Positions 51,796 to 62,649 of a DNA stretch of 64,000 bases are shown here, one piece after another (the first letter of the stretch is position 1; every line of letters begins with the position of its first letter). The stretch comes from Vitrella brassicaformis CCMP3155 (taxonomy: Eukaryota > Protista > Chromerida). The stretch lies in NCBI GenBank assembly GCA_001179505.1, contig CDMY01000304.1, positions 63,975 through 127,974 of the forward strand, read 5' to 3'. Made by a program: the position numbers and the translations under genes. The notes beneath the pieces were generated by a model that was not told the origin of the DNA, made no database searches, and saw nothing but the letters and a program-made list of their open reading frames with translations.

Positions 51796-52479
51796 CTAGC
51801 TTGACCGGAGATGGGGAGGGAGGGTTCACAGCTACACCATCATGCGGGCGATGTGCATACCATCTGTATGTGTACCCTCTATTCTGCATGTATCCTCTAT
51901 TCTGCATGTATATAGATCAAGTCAATGAATGATTGGGGCGTGGCCTGTGTGCTTGGGTGCCATGTGTGTGCCTGTATATACTCGGGATTGCAATGATCGT
52001 ATCAATGTGGTGTCTCGTCCTTCGCGAAACGACCAAGAAAGAATGGATCGCCTGTTGATACGTTACATAGGATTCGACGTGAACTCAACAGCTGGATTGA
52101 AAACGTGTTTCACTGCATCGACAAGAAGGTCTTGAGTCTGTCCATGCATCCGTGCATCCATGCAGCCATAGCAACGCACATCACCAGAGAGACAGTTTTC
52201 GAAAGCCACCAGTAAGGCAGGCAGGCACCATGCAGAGAAGCCGAAGAGCGTCCATTGCGTCAGAGGATATACAGACAGACTCGCATCCATCCATCCGTCC
52301 AGCCATCCAGCCTATTGAGCAGCAATGCGTTGCAAACCGTTGTGTTGTGTGTCTCTCAGAGTCTCTGTCTGGTATTTGTCTGTTGCACCTCTGGGAAGTG
52401 TGTATCACCCGTGCCAGAATATCCCTCATGCATACGTGCGCATCCATTCATCCCTCCCTTGCTGTGTCTTGCGGATTGA

Positions 52480-52864
52480 TCAGATAAGAGGTCGGGGGCT
52501 CTTGTCGTTGTTGTCGATGCCGTTGTCGTCCACGGGCGGCTTGATGAGTGCCAGCAGGTTGGCCGCCATCCTGCGACGCCGCTGCTCCCGAAGCACGAAG
52601 GCCGGCATCGGCACGTTCTCCCTGCATGCGCACATCATTGCAAATGACATTGTCCGCTCCGTCTCCCTCCTCAGTTGCGTACGGGTGTGGCGAGCGCTTA
52701 AATTCTGGGCGGTACCAGCGCTTCGGGCGGCGCTCGTCGGGTATCGGGGGCTCGCCATAATCCATCACGTTGACGTTGAATGGCTCCCGGGCCTCCTCGT
52801 CGTTGAGGAGGCGGACGCCGGGAACCCACAGGGCCAGGCGGCTGCCGACGACACGAGTCGACAT
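52480..52864 (-). CDS. Small (~110 aa) orphan protein, two exons
   Basis: MSTRVVGSRLALW...RPKRWYRPEFKRSPHP|ENVPMPAFVLREQRRRRMAANLL...PRPLI*, with a gtacgc...atgcag intron and typical C/G-ending codons. The start may lie further upstream. Confidence 0.55.
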
Positions 52865-53459
52865 GCGAACGATGCTGTGCGAGTTGATTTGCACTGAGAA
52901 GGGGCGAGATTGCTGTTGTTGTGGCGGGGGGCAACTTTGCCATCAGAAGCTCGCAGTCGAGAGAAGGAGAAGAAAGAAGAGCCCGTTTCTCATTCGGCAC
53001 GTATGCAGATTAGCGTGCTTGAGTGAGTTCGATTGCAGAAGGATGCTCGGCAAGAAGCGGAAGGTTGATGTTTGTAGGAAGTCAAAGACACGACCGGCCT
53101 GGGATGGACGGACGGATGGATGGATGAGGAAGGAAACAATTAAGCTTTGCAACGTGAACAGCAGCGGCAGAGTGGCCTTGTACACACACACGACAGACCG
53201 ATGATATAACGTCATTCGACAAACCTTCGTGTGTGTCTCTGTCTCCATGTTGATTGATTGACAAACACTCCGTACCTACCAACACACAGACGGTCAAAAT
53301 CGCCGTCTCACTCACGCACACGTGCAGAGATCAGCCGCTCTTGATCACCCCACACACCCCACACCCCGCTGCCCATTAAAACACACACGAGTCAGCTTAC
53401 AAAAATGCCGGTGTCATCAGACATGACCTTATCTGATACCGACACACATACCATACCCC

Positions 53460-53759
53460 NNNNNNNNNNNNNNNNNNNNNNNNNNNNNNNNNNNNNNNNN
53501 NNNNNNNNNNNNNNNNNNNNNNNNNNNNNNNNNNNNNNNNNNNNNNNNNNNNNNNNNNNNNNNNNNNNNNNNNNNNNNNNNNNNNNNNNNNNNNNNNNNN
53601 NNNNNNNNNNNNNNNNNNNNNNNNNNNNNNNNNNNNNNNNNNNNNNNNNNNNNNNNNNNNNNNNNNNNNNNNNNNNNNNNNNNNNNNNNNNNNNNNNNNN
53701 NNNNNNNNNNNNNNNNNNNNNNNNNNNNNNNNNNNNNNNNNNNNNNNNNNNNNNNNNNN
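53460..53759. other. Assembly gap (300 N)
   Basis: Run of N. Confidence 1.
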
Positions 53760-55042
53760 CCCCCCCCCCCCCCCCCCGCAACACATACACACACGCGTGA
53801 CTTTTCCGTGCTTACGTTCATCAGACATGCAATCAAAAAGCTGCGCATGGATCGGACTGCACGCGTGTATCTTAAAAACTGCTGATGACTGACTGTAGTC
53901 AGCAGGAGATCAATGTACGACAGCCCCCAAGTGACCTCTGACCTCATCACTTGCGTCGAGTCACACACTCTTGCAAGTCAGAGTCACATAGCGACGCGCG
54001 TGGATGCGATGATACCGACATGAGCACTCAAACATCACCGATCACTGACTGTGTACACACACGCTCACACATACAAACAGAAAGTTAAAAAGATGCCCGT
54101 GTGTATCGTGCACGCACGTGCGTGTTGGTGTGAACGGACCGGTCAATCAGGCCAAGCAGTTGTCGGCCGTAGGTACGTATGAACATCGATCGACGCGCCA
54201 CATACATATACACATAACGCGGACGTACTCGTACACGGGCAAAACGACGCAACGCGCACACGCACATACCCTCTCTCTGTGACTAACAGGCATACCACCT
54301 AGCTAGCCAATTGCCAAAAGGAAATGGATGACGACATTCACAAAACCACAGCACGACTGCCAACGGGCGCTTGCGAGTCAGTGATGGGCAACAAGCGGCC
54401 TTCGTTGAGCCCCTTCCGGCCGTACGTATCACTACTGTTACATGCCACGCATATACATTTTCACACACACGGAACCAGCCCGCCGACCCACAGCCAGCGC
54501 TCATACACACACTCACAAACCCACACACCCTTCCCCCCCACCCCCTACACGTGCACACACACACACAGCCTCACGACCACTCACTCACACACGACGGCAT
54601 TATCACGGCACACACGGTCGAATTGCAGGGAAACCTCCCCGGCCCTCTCATTGGCATGCCTACGTACGCCAACTGCAGCTAGGGACGCACTTGCGCACCC
54701 CAGCTTTCGCTCGGCAGCCAGTCACACTATCAATCCAACGAGCCAGTAATACGAATAACGCACATACTTCCCTCCACGGCAGAACACACACGCTAGTAGA
54801 TGCACTCACTCAGACAGACGGATAAAGAGACAGACAGACAGACAGATGGACGGACAGACAGACAGACAGACGGAGAGACAGACAGACACGCTGCCGGCCG
54901 GCCGTGTTGCATGCGAAGCCCAGCCCTAGCTGGGGCCGGCAATCGACAGTCTCAAAGTAGACGAAGAAAAAGAAAAGGATCCGAGCGCTTGGTTGTCTAA
55001 GCCAGAGCGATGATTGGCCGATACATGCATCAAGTGGGCGGC

Positions 55043-58000
55043 TCATAGGACCTCGATCCCCGCAGAAAGGGGTGCGCACTTCGGGTACCCCGCAAGTACC
55101 TGAAAGGTGCAGGACACATGTGCATTCCACTCTTGTTCACAGCCACGTGTGTCATGCGCGTGTTGGCTGACCCATTGACATTTCAATTCGCCCACGCACG
55201 ACCACTGCATACAAACAAGGCAGCACGGGAGATGGCACACCGACCGACGTGGATGGATGGAGGCATCTAGTGACGGTACCTTGACTCTGTAGCGTGCGAT
55301 TGATCTGGAGGACACCCCTACAATGGCCCTGGTCCCGTTGGCGCGGTCATTCCCCTCCACGCACTTGTCCGTCTGTCCAGTGCTGCATGTACACACCAAC
55401 AGACACACAGAAACGTAGACACAGACGCACACAACCACAAGGGCTACGTGTATATCCATGAGCAAAGCAGTGTGCATCAGCAAGCCATTTCTATGTCACT
55501 CACGAGGTCACGTTGCATGCTTCAAGAGTCATCCTCTGTGGTGACTGCAGGCGCCACACGCTTCCGTTGCTCTCGCGCGTGTTGGTCCACATATCCATCT
55601 CATAGCCGCTGCCAGGCGCCAACTCCTCATCCCTAATGATGTCCGAGAAGAATGCTGCATCCACCCAAACAACATACAACATTACAAATGTACACACGGG
55701 CGTCTGTTGTGGCTCGAGTACGTACCAGGACATCCAGTCTTGTTGAAGTCTGCAGCCGTGTCATTCGTAGCCGTGTCGTTTCCCCATGAGATCCAGGAGA
55801 GATCGCGGGTCACGCCAGCCACCACACTGCCCTTGAAATCGAACTTCTTCAGCACAGACAGCAAGGCGTAAGAGCGATTCTCGCGCTCGGGGCCTTGTGG
55901 GGGCGTGCCGTTGAAAGTGGCGTTGGCCGTCCTGTTACTCGACCGGCCTGCATGCCACGCGCAAAACAAGGCAGCCACACACACCATACAGGCACCAGGG
56001 AATGAATGAGACACACGGATCTCGTCAGTGTGACCTGTCATTTTCATTACCTGACGGGCGGGCAGAGCCGCGAAGATTCCCCTCGCCCGACAGGGTTGGG
56101 GTGCGGGGAGGAATGGGCCCGCACTTGGCGAAGCCGGTCACTCTCTGAATGCCCCACACACACATGTTACATACATTACGTGGATGTGTAGAGCCTCTCT
56201 TCTCCGGTGCCACGTGTGAATCCGTCCACTCACCCAATCGCAGTCGATATCGCCCGGCATACACAACCACTGCAAATGTGTGTGTGTATGTGTGTTTTTT
56301 TAAGACAAAGCATGCATACATTCCGTGGCCGATGGATGGGCGGGGTGGGGTTGGGTAGCGTCTGGCTATACCTGGATTCTGTATTGCGGCATTGCTCTGG
56401 GCGACACGGCGATAAATACGTTCGTACCAAGTTGCAAGGTATCGGTTCCATTGACGACAGTATCACTGGCACCTGCCGCAATGCCAGAAGCCTTCACACA
56501 TTTGCCGTTCGTTCCATTGCTGCCACAGACACATGTCCAGATGTAGACAAAGCGCTTGCGTAAGAGTTCATTTGTGCGTCCACATCCCTCGCTGGCTAAG
56601 GCATTGCTTACGAAAGCACTGGACACGCTCGAAAGGTCATGTTCTGCTCAGACTGCAGGTTCCAGATGGTGCCGTTGCCATTGGCGATGCTGCTGTTGGC
56701 CCACACGTCCACCTCATAGCCGTCGCCGTTGAGTGCCAGCCCTCTGTTGTAGCTGACGTCAGAGAAGACGGCTGCACTCATTCATTCAGCCAAGAAAGAC
56801 ACACAAGGACACAAGAGATTCTATCAGCGGCAACACATGCAGACACGTGTGTGGTGTCCTTCCTGTTGCGCCGTGTATACGTACTGGGGCACCCGAGTTG
56901 CTGGCGCTGTCCGCTTGGTCTAGTTTCCCATCGGATCCACGCATTACCTCGGGCAACCCCTGGTGATGGCAGGACAGCAGGCATAGAAATCACTCACATA
57001 CCCCCTCAGGCACAAGCATACCTGCCTCCAGGCCTTCAGACCCCTGTGCCTCCAGTGCGGAAACCAGCAAGGCTGAGCTATTCTGTCGCAAGGGGCCCTC
57101 TCGTGGCATTCCAGTCCTGTTCGTCCGCGCAGTCCTGTTCGTGGGGCCCTCTCGTGGCATTCCAGTCCTGTTCGTCTGCGCAGTCCTGTTCGTCCGCGAA
57201 CCTACCACATGCAACACAAATCGAACGAACACACACCACATCAGAAAAGTGCATCCAGCAGGAGTTTATGTTTGTCCCATCACTTATACACACCTGGCGG
57301 GGGGCGTCTCCGTGGCGGGGGTCGTCTCCCTGGCGGACAGCTTGCGGCTGACACGCAGCACGTCACACAGCCTCCAGTTTGCGGGAAGAATCCACCTTGC
57401 GGGAAATAGCATTTGGGGGGGTAATAGCCGGTTCTCTTGCAGCTTCCACGCGACCCACCACAATACCCAGATGGCGGGAAGTATGGATTCACTGGGTACG
57501 GGCGCCCCGGCCTCCAACGACCTGAACCCAAGCCGCCTACAGGGAATCCGCTCGCCTGCAGGTTGATGTAGTTGTTTCTCTCGATGCTGATGAACTGCTG
57601 GATGAGCTGGATCGCTGCCTGGACAAGCGTCGGTGTCCCCGCCGGCGAGTCATTGTCGTCAGCACTGCCCTCGCCGTCATCACTGTTGTCCTCTGCTTCA
57701 GCGGTGGGCGTAGGCGTCTCACTGCCCTCGCCGTCATCACTGTTGTCCTCTGCTTCAGCGGTGGGCGTAGGCGTCCCACTGCCCTCGCCGTCAGCACTGC
57801 TGCCCTCGCCCTCAGCGGGTGTGGGCGTCCCACTGCCCTCGCCGTCATCACTGCTGCCCTCGCCCTCAGCGGGCGTGGGCGTCCCACTGCCCTCGCCGTC
57901 AGGAACGGCCGGCTGGTCAGGACTGCCCTCGCCATCAGCGGCGCATACGGCGTTTGTGTTGCAGACCAATCCCTCGCAGCAACCAGAACCCTGGCTGCAT

Positions 58001-59907
58001 GGAGCCCCCACACCAGCACAATCAGATGGCGACTGAGCGCCGTCTCCACCGCCCGTCCCCCCTGTGGTCGTGGAGGCAGAATCGTCACCGCCGTCAGCAT
58101 CGTCCTGCTGCTCGCTCGATGTACTGCTCTCCTCAGACTGCTCCCCCTGCTGCCCGCTCTCGGCAGGTTGCTCCTCAGACGAGCCATCTTCCGTTGCCGT
58201 TTCCGCTGACGTTGAGTCTGGCTGTTCGGCTACGTCTGGGTCTTCTTCGTTTGGCCCTGTCAGATAAGCGCCCGACGGCTCCTCCTCTTCATTGGGCGGG
58301 GTCTCGGGCTCCCCGTCAGGACTGACCGCTTGGTCAGCACTGCCCTCGCCCGCAGGGTCGGGTTCTGCTGGGCCTGGCTGTCCCACTTGGTACTGATCCC
58401 AGCCAACCTCGCCCGATGCCTCGCTATCAGCTGGCTGGTTCTGCTCCTCAGGCGAGCCGTCATCTTGCGGTGATGTGTCTGCAGGGGGCTGTCCCTCTGG
58501 CGGCCCACCAACCCAGCCGGCGTCACTGGGTGGCTCTTCAGGCTCGACAGGGGATGGCTGGTCTGCGGGAGGCGCGACCTCCGGTTGCTGTGTGTCTTGG
58601 GGCTGGTCTGCGGGAGGCGCCTCAGCCCAGCCATCACTGCCATCGTCAGGCACGGTCTCTGGCGGCTGCTCTGGGTCTTCTGGCGGGCCTTCGGGAGGCG
58701 CGTCTGGTGGCGCGTCTGGTGGCAGGCCTTCGGGAGGCGCGTCTTGTGGCGGGGCTTCAGGAGGCGCCTCTGGCGACTGCTCTGGGTCTTGTGGCGGGCC
58801 TTCGGGAGGCGCGTCTGGTGGCGCGTCTGGTGGCAGGCCTTCGGGAGGCGCGTCTTGTGGCGGGCCTTCAGGAGGCGCCTCAGCCCAGCCATCATTGCCG
58901 TCGTCAGGCACGGTCTCTGGCGGCTGCTCTGGGTCTTGTGGCGGGCCTTCGGGAGGCGCGTCTGGTGGCGCGTCTGGTGGCAGGCCTTCGGGAGGCGCGT
59001 CTTGTGGCGGGCCTTCAGGAGGCGCCTCAGCCCAGCCATCATTGCCGTCGTCAGGCACGGTCTCTGGCGGCTGCTCTGGGTCTTGTGGCGGGCCTTCGGG
59101 AGGCGCGTCTGGTGGCGCGTCTGGTGGCAGGCCTTCGGGAGGCGCGTCTTGTGGCGGGCCTTCAGGAGGCGCCTCAGCCCAGCCATCATTGCCGTCGTCA
59201 GGCACGGTCTCTGGCGGCNNNNNNNNNNNNNNNNNNNNNNNNNNNNNNNNNNNNNNNNNNNNNNNNNNNNNNNNNNNNNNNNNNNNNNNNNNNNNNNNNN
59301 NNNNNNNNNNNNNNNNNNNNNNNNNNNNNNNNNNNNNNNNNNNNNNNNNNNNNNNNNNNNNNNNNNNNNNNNNNNNNNNNNNNNNNNNNNNNNNNNNNNN
59401 NNNNNNNNNNNNNNNNNNNNNNNNNNNNNNNNNNNNNNNNNNNNNNNNNNNNNNNNNNNNNNNNNNNNNNNNNNNNNNNNNNNNNNNNNNNNNNNNNNNN
59501 NNNNNNNNNNNNNNNNNNACGGGTGGCGGCTCTTGAGGCATCGGCTCCACGGGTGGCGGCTCTTGAGGCATCGGCTCGACGGGTGCCGGCTCTTGAGGCA
59601 TTGGTTCGGGATACGGATCCATCGGAGCCGGCTGCGGTTCCGGCAGATACGTTGGATAAAGAAATTGCTCAGGGGCAGGTCCCTGCGGGCCGTAAGCATC
59701 CGGGGGAGGTCCCTGAGGGAAGTCACCACCCGGACTTCCCATGGAGTCCTGGATAACGCACAACACAACACAATACATGCAGGTGTGTCGACTGGCGCCC
59801 ATCATTCATTCCGATCTTACCTCGGAGAACGACTCCCCAAGCTGCGCTGCCGCCATGGGGAGCAGGGCAGCGCAGACTGACGCGACAGTCAGCCATAGCT
59901 TCCTCAT
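55043..59907 (-). CDS. Giant secreted repeat protein: signal peptide, Pro/acidic repeats, knottin-like motif, Gly/Ser/acidic repeats, Cys-rich segment and two copies of an unrecognised Cys/Trp domain
   Basis: Signal MRKLWLTVASVCAALLPMAAAQ. The 841-aa ORF is spliced at ccag|gtgtgt (57294) onto GSRTNRT..., then continues through phase-compatible GT-AG exons to ...KCAPLSAGIEVL* at 55043. Confidence 0.8.
58590..59218 (-). repeat. Coding tandem repeat, 147 bp / 49 aa unit (PPETVPDDGNDGWAEAPPEGPPQDAPPEGLPPDAPPDAPPEGPPQDPEQ), three full units plus variants, running into a gap
   Basis: Exact 147 bp periodicity (e.g. 58921 vs 59068). Confidence 0.95.
59219..59518. other. Assembly gap (300 N) inside the repeat array
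   Basis: Run of N. Confidence 1.
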
Positions 59908-60506
59908 GGCTGACGGACAATAGGTCGACCTTCCTGACGGTTCTACGTAGGGCTGCAGTGACTGAGCAATAGATCTGATGGCACGCAGACGACATGAGTG
60001 CAGGCAGGCCCGTGTTGTTGCGCTGTACGTGTCTTCAGATACCGTTGGCTCTGCTATCGAGGGAGTGTACACCGCAAAACCTCCACCCGAGGTGCAACTA
60101 CACACCTTCCACGCACGGATGCATCCACATGTGTGGCTTGACGCAGCGGCAGTCCTCGCTCTCTCTGCTCTCTCTCCTCTGGTTTCCCTTCCCTCAGTCT
60201 CTCTGCCAGGCGGCTCGCGGGGAGGGGAAGGGAAGGAACGATCTCACAGATGCGAGCTTGAAAAGGAGAGGTGCCCGTTGAGATCTCTCCATATGTCCCG
60301 TGATGAAGAGGCGAGAAAGGACAGACACGCATGGCATGCATTCAATGTGTATTGTTTTCCCATTGATGGCATGGATGCATGTGTCCAGGTGTTGACAGCA
60401 GCGAGGCCGTTAGTTCGCAGCAGCACACGTAAGGGAGACAGGAAGACCTCCACACAAGTCCATCGTCGGCATGCCATTGTGTGTTGTTCATTCAGACCAG
60501 TTATCT

Positions 60507-61372
60507 ATGGCGTCCGAGTCAGTGCCCTCCCTGCGGCACCTCGAAGCGGCCTCCACTTCTGGCGCAGCTGCACAAGCAGCCACCTACAGAGATCTCCGCA
60601 GGCGTCACACTGGCGAACGTGCCGGTCCAACACGTCATAGAGATCCCGACAGAGCTTCATGACGTTTTGGCCTTCGAGATTGCTGACGTGGAGGGTACTT
60701 TGAAGGTCATTTCTGTGCTGGAGAGGGGGAGGGGCCACTCCGTCTGGCGGCCATCTATCGGCTCACCCGCGCCGGCACGACACTGCCCCTGGTGCTGTCG
60801 GCCGATTCGATGGCCACCGCAATGGCTTCCCCCGAGCTGCCCTTCACCATGTCCTTCTACAAGGCCATCGGACATCTATTCTCATACAGCGGGCGCAGCC
60901 TGGCCCTGCAGCCAGCCAACAACGGGGCGTATCAGATCGGCAATCGACTATTCGTGTGGGGTCATCGGCTCGGGTGAAGTGGACCGATCCCGTCATCCGC
61001 CACTGCGTGTGTGTTTACCCCTCCTTCACGGAATTCTTGCTGCACTGCCTCTTGAGCGCCTGGGCTGGCCAGGAGGTGGGCATCAGAGAGGTGCTCTCCG
61101 CATCCATGGACAGCGCCGTCAGCCCCTATCAGTCGCTGCTGCTCAGGGGTGAAGCGAAAATCACCAAGGAAGACGGCCTAATCGTCGACTTGAGCTACGA
61201 CAATCGCGACCTGAACCGGGGATGCACGAGATGCGACGGCTGCCGTCTCGTGGTAGTGAGCGGCTTCCGGACCAATGACACGGTCGCCGCCTACCTGTGG
61301 GTGGAGAGCGGCTCCGTCTATCTGTGGAAGACCGAGCTGTCTGCTGCTGGCGCATCGCAGCCCTGGACATGA
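60507..61372 (+). pseudogene. Intronless gene of an unnamed family with three apparent frameshifts
   Basis: Protein-like text moves between frames: MASE...AATYRDL / AGVTLANVPVQHV...VISVLERG / PLRLAAIYRL...QIGNRLF / RVGSS...YPSFTEF...VYLWKTE...*. No GT-AG introns explain the shifts. Confidence 0.6.
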
Positions 61373-61794
61373 GATTCCCAGTGTCAATGCCGTTGTGGCG
61401 CCGGGTGCTCCGGCCATTTAGCCTCGAGAGTGCCGTCATCGATGGAGGTACAGTGGCCGTGTGATGTGACTGTTGCTCTGCGGCTGGGCAAGGGAGCCGG
61501 CTGGTTGATTGGAGTCATTCATTCATGCAGTGTGCTCGTGGGGCTGACTGCACGAGTGAGCACCTAAGCTCTCTGTGGCCTGGCCGGATGCACGCGTTTC
61601 TGGTGGCGCGTGTGCGGCTTGCCAGCGGTGTTTGTTCAAGCTGGTTCTTTGTCGATGACCTATGGATAGATGGATGGATGGAATCGGATACGGATGTTAT
61701 AAAGGCCTTCAATATCGCACGCAGCTGTCCATGCGATAAAAATGCACTACACGACCGAGGTGTTCGGTCTACTGCCCATTGCCCACTTGGGCAA

Positions 61795-62345
61795 TCACTT
61801 GTAATACTCCTTCATCTCCCGTTCGTAACGCTCCTGATGTGATCCCCTAGTGCACGTGTGACATCAGGTTTTGGTGTGCGCGTGTGAGTGAGTGTCTGAC
61901 CTTGTCTCTCTTGGCCTGGGTCTCGTACGGCTTCTTCTGCCTGGCCGACATGCTCTTCCACTCGGCGCCCAATATCTTGGACACCTCCTGATTGATAAAT
62001 GAGTGCATCGAGTGATTCGTTCAGTGACACAGTATACATGGCCGATACGTGTCATCGTGTGTACCGTGACCCTCCCTCTTAGATCAGGGTTTTGGCTAAC
62101 GACTTCATCACGGCGGTCCATCGTGAAGAAAATGAATGCGCTGCGGGACCTCTTGGGGGCGTTGACATTCTGAAACCAACACAACACAACAGCAGCACAA
62201 GACGGCTCACCTAGCAGTCGTGCACGGCCGAACCAGGGAGGCAGGGAGGGAAGGAGGGTGGATGGACCCACCACTCATGAGTGCAGTCAAACGTACCTTG
62301 ACCTTCCTGGCACTTCTCTGTGCCGTGGTGGTGCCCTTGGCCTTT
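61795..62345 (-). CDS. HMG-box domain exons (NHP6/HMGB-like); either a small gene or the C-terminus of the upstream FKBP gene
   Basis: KVK|NVNAPKRSRSAFIFFTMDRRDEVVSQNPDLRGRVT|EVSKILGAEWKSMSARQKKPYETQAKRDK|ERYEREMKEYYK*. Confidence 0.92.
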
Positions 62346-62649
62346 GGGTGGCTGCAGCGCCCGGTTGTGACACAGTTGGTTTCGTTGACTCGACTCACCT
62401 TTGCTCCAGAAGTTGGGGCCCGGGGCAAACAGCAACGGTCTTTGCGGCAGGCTCGAAAAAGGGGCCTGTGCCCAGCCAGACAGACCGTCTTGTGTGTAGG
62501 TGATGGGTGACCGTGCACGTGAATTGACACCCACCGGTTGGGCAGCAGCAGCAGCAGCAGCGACCGGCTCGCCGCTACGTGATACACAAAGACAGAACAG
62601 AGACGGTCGGCGACGCATCGATAGAAGTCCGTGTGTGCATGTTCAGTCA

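Noticed and set aside
55045-55120. Several short hairpins (ggggtgc...gtacccc; gtacct-gaa-aggtgc) suggesting a ribozyme
   Set aside because: No hammerhead or HDV core was found, and the segment is the last coding exon (VLAGYPKCAPLSAGIEVL*) of the minus-strand secreted protein, homologous to an exon in its first domain copy.
57090-57200. 51-bp tandem repeat with 18-bp subrepeats as a noncoding element
   Set aside because: It reads in frame as TNRT(A/G) repeats within an exon of the secreted protein.
57280-57293. Stop of the 841-aa ORF (GVYK*) as the gene end
   Set aside because: It lies just inside a ccag|gtgtgt intron; phase-compatible downstream exons continue the protein.
58590-59218. Regular repeat array that might be CRISPR-like
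   Set aside because: The units are contiguous 147-bp in-frame coding repeats with no unique spacers, the DNA is eukaryotic, and there are no cas genes.
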